Positions 1-11,479 of a stretch of 64,000 nucleotides of DNA are shown here, piece by piece. Below the pieces are notes generated by a model. It worked only from the letters and a program-made list of their open reading frames with translations. It had not been told where the DNA came from and searched no databases. A program made the translations under genes and the position numbers. Position 1 is the stretch's first letter; every line of letters starts with the position of its first letter. The DNA comes from Mobula hypostoma. Lineage: Eukaryota. Location: assembly GCF_963921235.1 (NCBI RefSeq), contig NC_086097.1, positions 179,864,001 through 179,928,000 of the forward strand. The letters run 5' to 3'.

Positions 1-229
1 CCAAAATTTTGCAGAGCTGCAACATTACCTCACGGCTCTTGAGCTCAGTCCCCCGAATAATGAAGGCCATCACAGCACACAACTTCTTAACTACCCCACC
101 AACTTGCGTGGCAACTTTGAGGGGATCTGTGGATGTGCACCCCAGATCCCTTTGTTCAAAAGTCTAAGCACGAGAGTAAACAAGAAACCACGCGGCCAAG
201 TGGAAGGTAAATGAGGTGTTCATTAGCAC

Positions 230-377
230 CTGTCTGCCAGTAAGGTCAGCCATTATTGCCTGGGCAGATGTTAGCAGCTGGTCTGTAGTCTGCCGTTTGC
301 CGTCCACTCTGTACATACCATCATTGACTCCTACAGCTGGGAAAGAGTCCAGGGGCAGGTACTTGTATAGCAAGCAG
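230..377 (-). CDS. LAMA3: Exon (148 nt, phase 2-0): NCLLYKYLPLDSFPAVGVNDGMYRVDGKRQTTDQLLTSAQAIMADLTGRQ
   Basis: ttcttcttaacag acceptor; weak CAG|gtgcta donor placed by homology (M.DL.GR); conserved NCLLY..LP. Confidence 0.85.
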
Positions 378-2154
378 CTGTTAAGAAGAAGTAACAGTCA
401 AGACCATTAGACAGCACAAGATGCTGGAATTTGGAGCAACACACAATCTGCTGGAGGATCTCAGCCAGTAAAGCAGCATCTACAGGGGGAATTGTTGATG
501 TCTCGGGTGTGAATCCTGCATCAGTACTGATATCAGCAGTTCGGAGGAGGGAACAGCTCTGTATCATTTCTGGACGGTGTATACTGCTCCCTCATCAACC
601 TTCTCTCCTCTCTTTCCCTCCTGACTCTTCATCCCAGCCCTTTTTGTTCTCCCATCCTCTCTCACACCACTCCAGGTTCCTAAGATGAGTCCCAATGCAG
701 TGTTTCAAACCGAAACATCATCTCTTCCTTACCCCTCACAGATGCTGCTCCGCATGCAGAGTTCCTCCAGCAGATTGATGCAAACTAATAACACAGTCTA
801 TCTTTAATAAGTATTCAAAGCTAATCTGAGCCTTTAATTCATAAGAAGCATTTTTTTCTTTATTCATCCATGGGATGTGGACAACACTGGCAAAGCCAGC
901 AGTTATCATCTATCCCTAAACACCCCTGAAAATTGATGGGTCTGGATCAGACAGAGTAAGGACAGGAGATTTCCTCCCCTGAAGGACATTAATTGGTTTT
1001 CACCTGACTCTGATACCAGTTACTTCTTTTTAAAAAGTTCCATATTTATTTAATTATTTAGATTAAAATTTAGCAGCAACCATTTAAAAGACATTTTCAC
1101 AGGTCTCTGCAGTGTTGAACGATGAGACCAAACCTGATAGAGGTTTATAAAATTATGGGAGACGCAGATAGGATATTCAGTCAATATTCTTACCAGGGTT
1201 GAAATGTCTAAACTAGAGGGTGTGAATTTAAGGTGGGGGCTTTTTTTTTACATAGACTTGTGGGTTCCTGGGATGATTTGACAGTGGCAGTGGTAGGAGA
1301 TACAACAGTGACATTTAAGAGGATTTTATACATACTAATATGGACTAACATGTATGGAGAAATGGAGGAATATGGATCAGGTACAGGCAAAAGGGATTTC
1401 GTTTATTTTGTTATTGTAATCAGGTCAGACATCACAGGCCGAAGAGCCTGTTCTTGTTCTCTACTATTCTATGTTCTATGCACTAAAATGGAAAAGGTTT
1501 AGAGAGATATGGACTAAACGCAGGTAAACCTGACTAGTTTATACAGGCACCTAGGACAGCATGGACCAGTTAGGCAAACGGCCTGTTTCCATCTGTGTAA
1601 CTATGAATCTACATTTTTTACATCTTTTTTCTTTAATGTTTACAGAGCTTTATTTACTTGGAAAGGATGAAGATATTATTCATGAGGATGTTACTAGGAC
1701 TGGAGACTTTGTGTTATAAGGAGAGATTGGGTGGCAGGGTCTTTTTCCCCTTCAGCATAAACGGCAGGAGGGTGACCTTGTAGAAGTTCATGAAATCGTG
1801 AGATGCAAAGATAAGAGGAATGGTCACAGTCTTTTCCCCAGGGTAGGGAAGTTTAAAACAGGAGGTCACGGGTTTAAGGTTTAAGGAGAAAGAACGAGTT
1901 AAAGGGAACCTGACGGGCAACTGTTCACACAGAGGGTGGTGTGTATACAGAGTGAGCTGCCAGACGCAAGTAAAATTAGAATGTCAGAAAAACATTTGGA
2001 CAAGTACATAGATAGGAAGGGTTTAGAGGGCCTGAACCAGTTGTGCAGGCAAAAATGTAGCTCAGGTAAACATTTTGGTCAGCATGTACGACTTGGGCTG
2101 AATGGCCTGTTTTCATGCTGTATGACTCAATGACGTACATCTATGTTCACTTAC

Positions 2155-2261
2155 TTTTGGCCCCGTTGCATTGGTTCAGCTGTGTACAGGCAGGGTTCTG
2201 TCACTTGAAATTGCAAAATGGGAGCTTCATAATATTCACTGGGCAGCAGGACCAGATAATC
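2155..2261 (-). CDS. LAMA3: Exon (107 nt, phase 0-2): DYLVLLPSEYYEAPILQFQVTEPCLYTAEPMQRGQ
   Basis: ctacccaccag acceptor, gtaagt donor; conserved DY.VLLP..YYEA..LQ..VTE.C. Confidence 0.93.
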
Positions 2262-3215
2262 CTGGTGGGTAGAATTAAAGAGACACAGATATGTTAGGCA
2301 ATCAGCTGGACAATGGAACTGGGCCAGACATAGAAACATACAGAAACAGGTTCTTTGGCCCACAGTGTGGTGCCCAGCTAATTGAACTAGTAATCTAACT
2401 AACTAAACTGTTCCTTCTGCCTGCACAATGTCCGTACCCCTTCCTTTCCTGCACCTTCAGCTGCCTGGCTAAGAAACTTCGGAACACCCTTCTCATATCT
2501 GCTTCCCCCACTGCCCTTCGCAGTGCATTCCCCACAGCAAATACTCTCTGCAGGCAAAACTTGCCCCACACATCTCCACTGAACTTAATCCCCTCATCTA
2601 CGATGCATGATGCCTCATAATAATGCATCCTGGTATGAGACATTTCAACCCTGAGATGAAGTACTGGCCGTCCATCTATGCCTCTCATAATCTTACAAAC
2701 CTCTACCAGATCTGCCCTCAGGTGCAGACTTGTGCTGATTAATGTACAGGTCCTTCTTGGGTTACAAATGCCCAGTTTACTGATCCTGTGTACATGGGAT
2801 CAAGCATTCAGGAGACAGATGGGACGGATCTGCCAGCTGCCATGGGATTGGAGGTGCCTTCTGCCTGGTAGGAATGGGGCATCTCCACGTGCCCTCTCTT
2901 TCCCAGCCACAACCCCCAACATCTTGAGCCACACCTTTCGGGGGCTGTATGAGGCACAACAGAGCTGGGTGTACTCACTCACTCCCTTGCTGAGTCAGTG
3001 AGACTGGTTAGCGGCTGCTATTCCCATATCTTCTGCCTCTATCTCCTATTCTCTATTGGAAACAGTGACAGTGACAATAAACCTGATTCTGATTGTGTTT
3101 CTGTTTGTTTCTCACTAATGGACAGCTTACAGAAATGGACCCTATTGCAACCCGGGGACTGCCCTGTGTTACATATTGAATATTGCAGTGCAGAATTCCC
3201 AGGGCTGTCCCTCAC

Positions 3216-3358
3216 CAACAGCACGCCCTCTGCCTCAATGCTGACAGTCCAACTTCCAGGAGTGAACACGAAAGGGTCACCGTAGTTGCTCCTTGAGACA
3301 GTAACGAAAGAAGGTTCCTTACTGCGAGCAAAGATGATCTCTTTTGTCTGCGGAGACA
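3216..3358 (-). CDS. LAMA3: Exon (143 nt, phase 1-0): SPQTKEIIFARSKEPSFVTVSRSNYGDPFVFTPGSWTVSIEAEGVLL
   Basis: cgttctttgcag acceptor, gtgagg donor; conserved SxEP.F.TV and AEGVLL motifs. Confidence 0.93.
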
Positions 3359-3579
3359 CTGCAAAGAACGTGAATAGACCAGGTCACTAGTGAAGAGACA
3401 GACAATGAGAGGTTGAGATTTAGAGCATGAATATTTGACCCAGAGTTTGAACGTTCACTCTGTGGCACCTGACATTGATAATTCCAATGCAACACACAAA
3501 GGTGCTGGAAGAACTCAGGGGATCAAGCAGCATCTATGGAGTAAAAAGGTCCTGCAAATGAGGATCCTGACCAAAACAT

Positions 3580-4240
3580 CAACTGTCTCTCGGGTAATGA
3601 TGAGTTTGAGTACAGAGAGGAAATTAAGAACCTGCTGGCATGGTGCAAAGACAATAACCTATCCCTCAACGTCAGCAAGACGAAGGAATTGGTTGTTGAC
3701 TTCAGAAGGAGTAGCAGACTGCACGACCCTATTTACATCAGTGGTGCACAAGTGGAACAGGTCAAAAGCTTTAAGTTCCTCGGGGCCAGTATCACAAATG
3801 ACCTGACTTGGTCCAACCAAGCAGAGTCCACTGCCAAGAAGGCCCACCAGCACCTTTACTTCCTGAGAAAACTAAAGAAATTTGGCCTGTCCCCTAAAAC
3901 CCTCACTAATTTTTATAGATGCACCGTAGAAAGCATTCTTCTAGGGTGCATCACAACCTGGTATGGAAGTTGGCCTGTCCAAGATCGGAAGAAGCTGCAG
4001 AAGATCGTGAACACAGCCCAGCACATCACACAAACCAATCTTCCGTCCTTGGACTCACTTTACACCGCATGCTGTCGGAGCAGTGCTGCCAGGATAATCA
4101 AGGCCATGACCCACCCAGCCAACACATTTTTCCTCCCTCTTCCCTCTGGGAGAAGGCTCAGGAGCTTGAAGACTCGTATATCGAATCAAATATTGCTGTG
4201 ATGATTGTATGCTCTAGTATCAATTGTTTGGCAACAATAA
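3580..4240 (+). mobile_element. Rex-Babar-type LINE 3' fragment (C-terminus of RT)
   Basis: ORF 3689-4201 with FKFLG, LYFLRKLKKFG, FYRCTVESIL..CIT.WYG; aataaa at the 3' end. Confidence 0.75.
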
Positions 4241-6907
4241 AGTCCATTTCCCTTCTCAAATGCTGTCTGACCTGCTGAGTTCCTCCGTCTCCTTTGTGCA
4301 TTCCTCCAGAATTCTTGCATCTCCAGCCTTTCCTTATCTCCACTGATACTTCCCTTACAAAGTATTTCAGATTTTCACAGGCATAGATTGATATACAGAC
4401 CATTCCCAACTTATGTCATCCAAACATAGAAACAAAGTGCTTGGGAGACTGGTAGGATGAATTTGCCGGCTGTTGCGTGGTTGCTGGCAACTGCTCATGA
4501 CACTGGCTAGAATTTGGTCTCTTTGTCAGCAGTAAAATCTTTTAAAACAGTATCAATATTATTAGCCTGAGTTAGGCTTGGGCTAGATTTGTTAATATCA
4601 GGTTTATTATTAAAAATGGAAAAACAATATCTAACAATATCCAAAATGCTTCTCCAGACTACGGGACCACTCCCCTCTGCAGCCATCTCTGCCACGTGGG
4701 AACACATTTGTGAACAGCAAACTGTTTGGGTTATGAACAATTCTCAAGAAGGGAATCCCGCTGTAATCTGGGGTAGACTCATGGCCATATCTCTGCCAAT
4801 TATAGAACTTGGCCAAATTGTTCAATTCCAGTGTCCCAACTTTGTGGATTTCTTAAATAATGACAGAAATCTTTGGAAAATAAAAGCAGGAAATGCTGGA
4901 AATACTCAGCAGGTAATTAGTAATTGATTTATGATTGTCACATGTACTGAGGTACACTGAAAAGCTTTTGTTTGCATACCATTCAGAAAGATCACTTCAT
5001 ACATCAAAGGCAGTTAAAAATGCAGAACACACAGTATGTTCCAGTTACAGAGAAATTGCAGCGCAGGTAGACTAATAAAGTGCTAGAGCCACAAAGAGGT
5101 AGATAGAGAGATCAACTGCTTTTTAGTGTATGAAAGATCCATTCAAGTCTGATAACAGCAGGATAGAAGCTGTTCTTGGGCCTGGTAGTGTGAGTTTACA
5201 AACTTTTGTATCAAAATCAGAATTATTATCACTGCCTTATTGGACAGGAAACGTTGTTTTGTGGCAACAGTACAATACAAAGAAATATAATCACTATAAA
5301 TTGCAAAACAAATAAGAAGTGCATCAAAAGGAATGACAAGGTGGTGTTCCTGGGTTCGTGAGCCGTTCAGAAATCTGATGGTGGAGGGGAAGAAGCTGTT
5401 TCCGGATCGTTGAGTGTGGGTCTTCAGGCCACAGTACCTCTTCTCCGATGGGACTGAGAAGAGGACACGCTCTGAATAGTGTCGGTCCTTAATAATGGAT
5501 GATCTTCTCAATGGAAGGGGGTAGAAGTGAGAATGACTGGGGTGGGAGGAATATTTGATTATGTTGGCAGCTTTCTGGAGGCAGTGGGAAATGGACATTG
5601 ACACAGTAGAGGGGAGGCTGGTTTGCACGATGGACTGGGCTGTGTCCAGTACTCCTTACAATCTCTCTGGCCGCATCAGAGGGAAGAGAAACAGAGTTAA
5701 TATTTCAGATTTAAGACCCTTTGTCAGATTGATGAAGGATCTCCTACATTAAACATTACTTCTGGTTCACCTACAGATGCTGACAGATCTGTTGAGTATT
5801 TCCAGCATTTTCTGCTTGTATTTTAGATTTCCAGAATCTGCAGTTTTTGTATTACCACTTAATAGCAGATTTTCTTTTGCAATTTTTAATCTAAAAGTTT
5901 CTTGAAAGTACCTGTTAAATCTGTCTCCTTCCATGCTGGACATTGCCAGATCAGCTGACAGCCCAAAACATACATTCTCCTCTGGTTCTTTAGTGTATTA
6001 CCTTCAATCCGAGACACCACATGCTCTTTCCACAGGATGCGGTTTCTCCCCATACCCTTTATCACAACTCTCCATAATTGTTAACACTCTCAGACACTCT
6101 CCTTAAACCTCTGAAGAGAATTTTACAACGGGGTAGCAGGAGGCATGTAGTTCTTGACATTAGCACGTGGTTCAATGCCAAGGAACACAAGTTTAAAATT
6201 TCACAGCAGGGATATGAGAAAGATTTTTTTACTTGGTGAGTAGAACTCGCCAAGCTAGAACTCATCAAGTCTCATGGCTGACTCAGAAGGTTAAGATGCA
6301 CAGGAACCACATTGATCTGAGAGTTTGAATTCAAAATTGGCTTGCCCATAGAAGATGGTATGTAATGATGGAAAACTGGTATTCTGACTGGAGGCTTGTG
6401 ACCAATGGTGTTTCACAGGGATCTGTTCTAGTTGTGACAGATATAGATATATTACTTAGACAAAAATGCACATGGAAAGTTAGTAAGTGAGCTAAAGGGA
6501 CTATTCTCTGCTGTACTGTTCTATGTTCCACATTCTACGTTTTATGTAGTAAGTTTACAGATGCCACAATGATTGCTGGTGTTCTGGACACTGTAGAAGG
6601 CTGTCAAAGAATACAACAGAATACAGATCAGTTACTGATATGGGCGGGGAGATGGCAGATGAAGTTTTATCTGGGCAATTATGAGATGTTACACTTATGG
6701 GAGGTTAAATGTAAGAGGAAAGTATGCAACTAGTGGCAGTACCCTCAACAGCACTGAAGTACACAGAGAACTTGGGGCCCAAGACTTCAGCTCCCCGATA
6801 GAGAGCACACAAATAGCTACTGTGAACAAAAAGGTGTGTGAGGTGCTCACCTTCATTGGTCAGCACAATGAGTAGAAGCACAAGGAAGTCTGACCTACAG
6901 CTGATAT

Positions 6908-7174
6908 TATGATGATGATGACAACAACATCGACTCAGACCTGAGAGGCCAGCGTCGGGCATTTTCATGCCTTACAAGGTGCAGTTTGAAAGGCTGTGTG
7001 GGGCGCCACTCCTCACACAGACACTTCGCAGTATTATTTTACAAGGCCGAGTTGCGAGCTCGACATCAACCCGGCGCGGATGGAGAGTGCACACGGGGGC
7101 GGTCTGTCACTGGATCGAACTCAGGAACCTCTGTTCTTGAGCCTGGCGCTGATCTCACTGCGCCACCAGCCGAT
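6908..7174 (-). mobile_element. tRNA-derived SINE with 10-bp TSD
   Basis: A box TGGCGCAGTGA and B box GTTCGATCC on the minus strand, (CAT)n tail, TSD cagctgatat at 6898-6907 and 7175-7184. Confidence 0.8.
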
Positions 7175-7199
7175 CAGCTGATATGCACCTGTATATTAG

Positions 7200-8140
7200 A
7201 ATCAGATACTGTATAATATCACTGGCATATACCGTGAAATTTGTTGTTTCATGGCAGCAATACATTATAAAAGAACATAAAATGCAATCAGAAGTACATA
7301 TTAAAAAATAAGTAAATAGTGTAAACAAGAGGAAACAAACAGTGAGGTAGCGTTCATGGGTTCATTGACCATTCAGAAATCTGACGGCAGAGGGGAAAAA
7401 GCTGTTCCTGAAACACTGAGTGTGTGCCTTCAGGCTCCAGTACCCCCACCTTGATGAGAAGAAGGCATGTCCTGTGGGTGGAGGGCCTTAATGATGGATG
7501 CCTCCTTTCTGAGGCATCACCTTTTGAAGGTGCCCTCGATGCTGGGGAGGCTAGGGCCCATGATGAAGCAGGCTGAGCTTACAACTTTTTGCAGCTTTTT
7601 CCCATCCTGTACAGAGACATACCAGATGGTGATACAACTAGTTAGAATGTTGTCCACGGTACATGTGTTGAAATTTGTGAGTGCTTTAGTGGCAGAAAGT
7701 CACCTAAAACTTGGAATATATAGAAATATAGCTGCTGTTGTGCCTCCTTTGTAATTACATCATGTTGGGCCCAGGATAGATCCTCAGAGATGTTCACACC
7801 CAGGAGCTTGAAATTGCTCAGCCTTTCCACTTGGTGAGGACCGGTGTGTGGTTCCTTGACCTCCCCTTCCTGAAGCCCACATTCAATTCTTTGGTCTTAC
7901 CAACGTTGAGTTGAAGTTCGTTGTTGTAATACAACTCCTCGTCACCATATGAACTTCTATCAACAATAGTTGTGTCGTTGGCGGAATTAGAGATAGAATT
8001 TGAGCCACGCAATCATGGGTGTAGAGAGAGCAGAGCAGTGGGATAAACACACACCCCTGAGGTGCGCCAGTGTTGATTGTCGGCAAGGAGGAGATGTTAT
8101 TTCTGATCTGTACAGACTGTGGTTTCCCAGTGAGGAAGAC
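7200..8140 (-). mobile_element. Degenerate Rex-Babar-type LINE RT fragment
   Basis: Frameshifted pieces [42 protein letters not shown]. Confidence 0.7.
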
Positions 8141-8162
8141 AGGGATCTATAAAACTATGGTT

Positions 8163-8270
8163 CACAACATGCTGGAGGAACTCAGCAGGTCGGGCAGCAC
8201 CCGTGGAAAAGATCGGTCGATGTTTCGGGCCGGAACCCTTCGTCAGGACTTGTGTAGATTATTTTGTGTT
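8163..8270 (-). mobile_element. Short Penelope-derived insert containing a minimal hammerhead motif, 15-bp TSD
   Basis: TSD tataaaactatggtt at 8148-8162 and 8271-8285; hammerhead core at 8216-8249. Confidence 0.7.
8216..8249 (-). ncRNA. Minimal type I hammerhead ribozyme motif
   Basis: Minus strand GTC-CTGACGA-A-GGGT(TCCG)GCCC-GAAA-CA-TC-GAC: core boxes and stems I and II intact. Confidence 0.65.
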
Positions 8271-9353
8271 TATAAAACTATGGTTGGTGTATTGTGTACA
8301 GTTCTGGTTGCCCCATTACAGGAAGGATGTGATGGCTTGCGAGAAGATACAGAAGGAGTTTACCAGGATGCTGCTTGGATTAGAGAGCATGAGCTATCAG
8401 AAGAGGTTGGGCAAAATGGTGCGGCAGAGGCTGAGAGAAGACCTGATAGAGATTTATAAGATTATGAAAGCCAAGATAGAGTAGACAGTCAGAATCTTTT
8501 CCCCACGTAGAAATGTCAACTATCAGAAAAGCAACATGGGGCTTCATAAACATTGGGCACAGGTTTAAGTCAAGAGATAGGAAGTTTAAAGGAGTATGAG
8601 GCAAGTTTTTTTTTGAACGCAGTATGGTGGATGCTGGAACACATTGCCAGGGATAGTGGTGAAGGCAAATACAATAACAATGTTTAAGAGGCATTTAGAC
8701 AGACATATGAATAGGCAAGGAATGCAAGGAATATGGACTATGTGCAGGCAGATGGGATTATTTAACCTGGCATCAAGGTTAACAAGGATGTGGTAGGCTG
8801 ATGAGCTGGTTCTATCATCTACGTTTTTCCCTCTTTGCAGATGCCACTTGGAGAACTTCTGATTTGATTACAGATTCCCAGCATCCGCAGGATTTTGCTT
8901 TGGTTTAAAAAGGCCGAAGCAGCCAGGCCTATTAATATCTTTCTTTTCAGAAAGTCCTTTTTTAGTGGTTTCTGAAATATATTTTACAGGTCAGAGAAAA
9001 GTTGTTTAACCTTCATCAATAATCACTTAATCGTGTAATTTATAATTCACCCTCTCTCTGATTGGTTGCAGGCAAGTGGCTGCTGTGAGGATGGGTACTG
9101 TATGTCAAGTGACCAGTGGCTGGTGGGTTAGTGGGTTGGGTGGAAGGGTTGCAAATTGGCACCCAAAAGAACCAGAATCCCCTGTGAACTAGCTTGCAGG
9201 AGCATCTCTATTTACCCCGCCCATTACCCATACACACTCAGCTTTCAGTGCTTTGGACAAAACACAGAAGATGCAAAAAAAAGCATATTTTTATTACTTA
9301 CCATAGTTGGCAATCAAAATAGACTGGTGAGATTTGAACCTTCTGTGGCTTAC

Positions 9354-9486
9354 CTGTGCCTTGTTGGACTTGGTAAACTGTCAGGCGACCATATACTGTA
9401 GTGAATCCCGGGTTAATATATCGGAGGGTGATGCGGAATAAATTGCGGTTTCTACCGTTCACATGCACTGTTACCCTCACGTTACT
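9354..9486 (-). CDS. LAMA3: Alternative exon B (133 nt, phase 0-1), LAMA3-like: SNVRVTVHVNGRNRNLFRITLRYINPGFTTVYGRLTVYQVQQGT
   Basis: cttcacttttgcag acceptor, AG|gtaagc donor, open frame, LFR..LRY.NPG motif. Confidence 0.9.
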
Positions 9487-9688
9487 CTGCAAAAGTGAAG
9501 TTAATTAACACATGACTGGTGTGTGAGCTTCAGAGAAAGTAGAGTTCCGGGATCCCGTGCAGAACAACAGTCATCCCGGTGAGAGGAGATCCTTCACAGT
9601 CACCCCATGGGGATAAGTAGGGCAGGAGTTAGTAGGTTAAGTGCAGATTGTAAGTGGGGAAAGCAGATGCAGAAAAGAAGCCACTTAC

Positions 9689-9827
9689 AGTTACAGCAAG
9701 AGTCAACATTTACTTCCTCAGTGACTGAGATCCTTCCTCTAACAGGCTTGGGAGCACGGCTCTTGTAACGGAAGATTATGCGGAACAGATTAGGAGAAGT
9801 CACAGTGACAGACATGATCACTGCTGG
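9689..9827 (-). CDS. LAMA3: Alternative exon A (139 nt, phase 0-1), LAMA5-like: PAVIMSVTVTSPNLFRIIFRYKSRAPKPVRGRISVTEEVNVDSCCN
   Basis: cttttctcttctcag acceptor, gtaagt donor, open frame, homologous to neighbouring exon B. Confidence 0.85.
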
Positions 9828-11479
9828 CTGAGAAGAGAAAAGCAGTCAAGAGCAGCGTAAGGGAAAGTGCTCAACTCCACCACCCTGAAAGGAGCAACCG
9901 TTCCCCACAGAGCAGACAATGCAACCCACAACCACACTACAGGAAGCAGGGAAAGGAGCTGGAAGGTTCAAGCTATTTCAGACCAAAAATTATAAATTTG
10001 CAAAAGATCATTTCATAACCTTTAGCATGATAGCTTATCACACTTGTGAACTCTTTCTTGTGTGAGCCAGTAGTTTGGTTATACTTATACCATGAATGCT
10101 GGGGCAAAAGGGAGTGCAATGGAACAAAGGGACTAGAAGCACAAACGTATTGCTTGTTGAAAGCAGCATCAGAAGTACGCAGTGTGCTGAAAAGTCGTTT
10201 AGCATACAGTCCTTCATCAGTCAGGGCACTGAGTATCGGAGTTGGGACGTTATGTTGCCGTTGTGTAAAGAAAGTGGTGAGTCCACACTTGGAGTACTAT
10301 GTACAGTGTTGGTCACGCTGCTTAGAGAAGTAAAAGATTTACAAGGATGTTTGTAGGATTGGAGGGACTGTGTAAAAGGGAGAGGTTGGGCAGGTTAGGT
10401 CTTTATTCCTTGGAATATAAAAGAGACTGAGGGGTGACCCTATAGAAGTATTTAAAATGATGAGAGGCATTGATAAGATGGACAGTAAAAGTCTTTTTTT
10501 CCAGGGTGGTGCAGTCCAAAACAAAGGGGCATGGATTTAAGGTGAGAGGGGAAACACTTAAAAGGGACTAAGGGGCAAAATTTTCATGCAGTGGCTGGTG
10601 AGTCCATAGAACAAGCTGCCAGAGGAGGTGGTTGAGGCAGGAGCAAAATATTATTTAAGCACTTGGATAGGTACATGAAGGGGCAGGATTTGGAGGAATA
10701 TGGGCCAAACACATGAAATTAGGACTAGCTAGGAGTGCACTGTGTTCAGTATGGACTCAGTTGGACAAAGGGCCAGTTCCTATGGTGTATAAGTCTATGA
10801 CTTAACTGGGAAAATCCAAGACAGGAAAGTTATTTCTTGGATGGAGAGACTTATTGGAAATAAAGGTGAGAGGAATATGGAGGACACATTCACATTACCT
10901 CAGTAAAACAGCCAGCATAATCAAAGACCCCACCTACCTCACACATTCTCCCTTTAACCCCCTCCTATTGGGCAGCAGATACAATGGCCTGGAAGCACGC
11001 AGCACCAGGGTCAAGGTCAGCTTCTATCCCACTACTCAGACTCTTGAATGAACCTCTTGTATGACAAAATGGACTCTTGGCCTCACAAACTACCTCACTA
11101 TGACCTGGAATTTTATTGTTTACCTGCACAGCATTTTTCCCGTAGCTCTTACGCTTCATTCTGCATTGTAGTTTATTCTAACTCACTGTGTGATGATTTA
11201 GCCTGTATAAACAGTGTGCAAGACATGATTTTTCACTATATCTTGCTACATGCGACAATAATAAATCAATAGCAATACCAATACCATGAAAATAATCTTA
11301 AAAGTTGACCTAATCAAAGTGGTTCAATTGAGTAAGGTCATGAATAATAGCATCACACAGCTGAGAGACCTTAGCCATGCAGACTGTTTTGCCCATCAAC
11401 ACTAATCCTACTTCCCCTAAAGGACATATTCGTTTATGCCTTGCCTATAAAACACAAGTTTTAAGAAGAGCTTAGGAGG

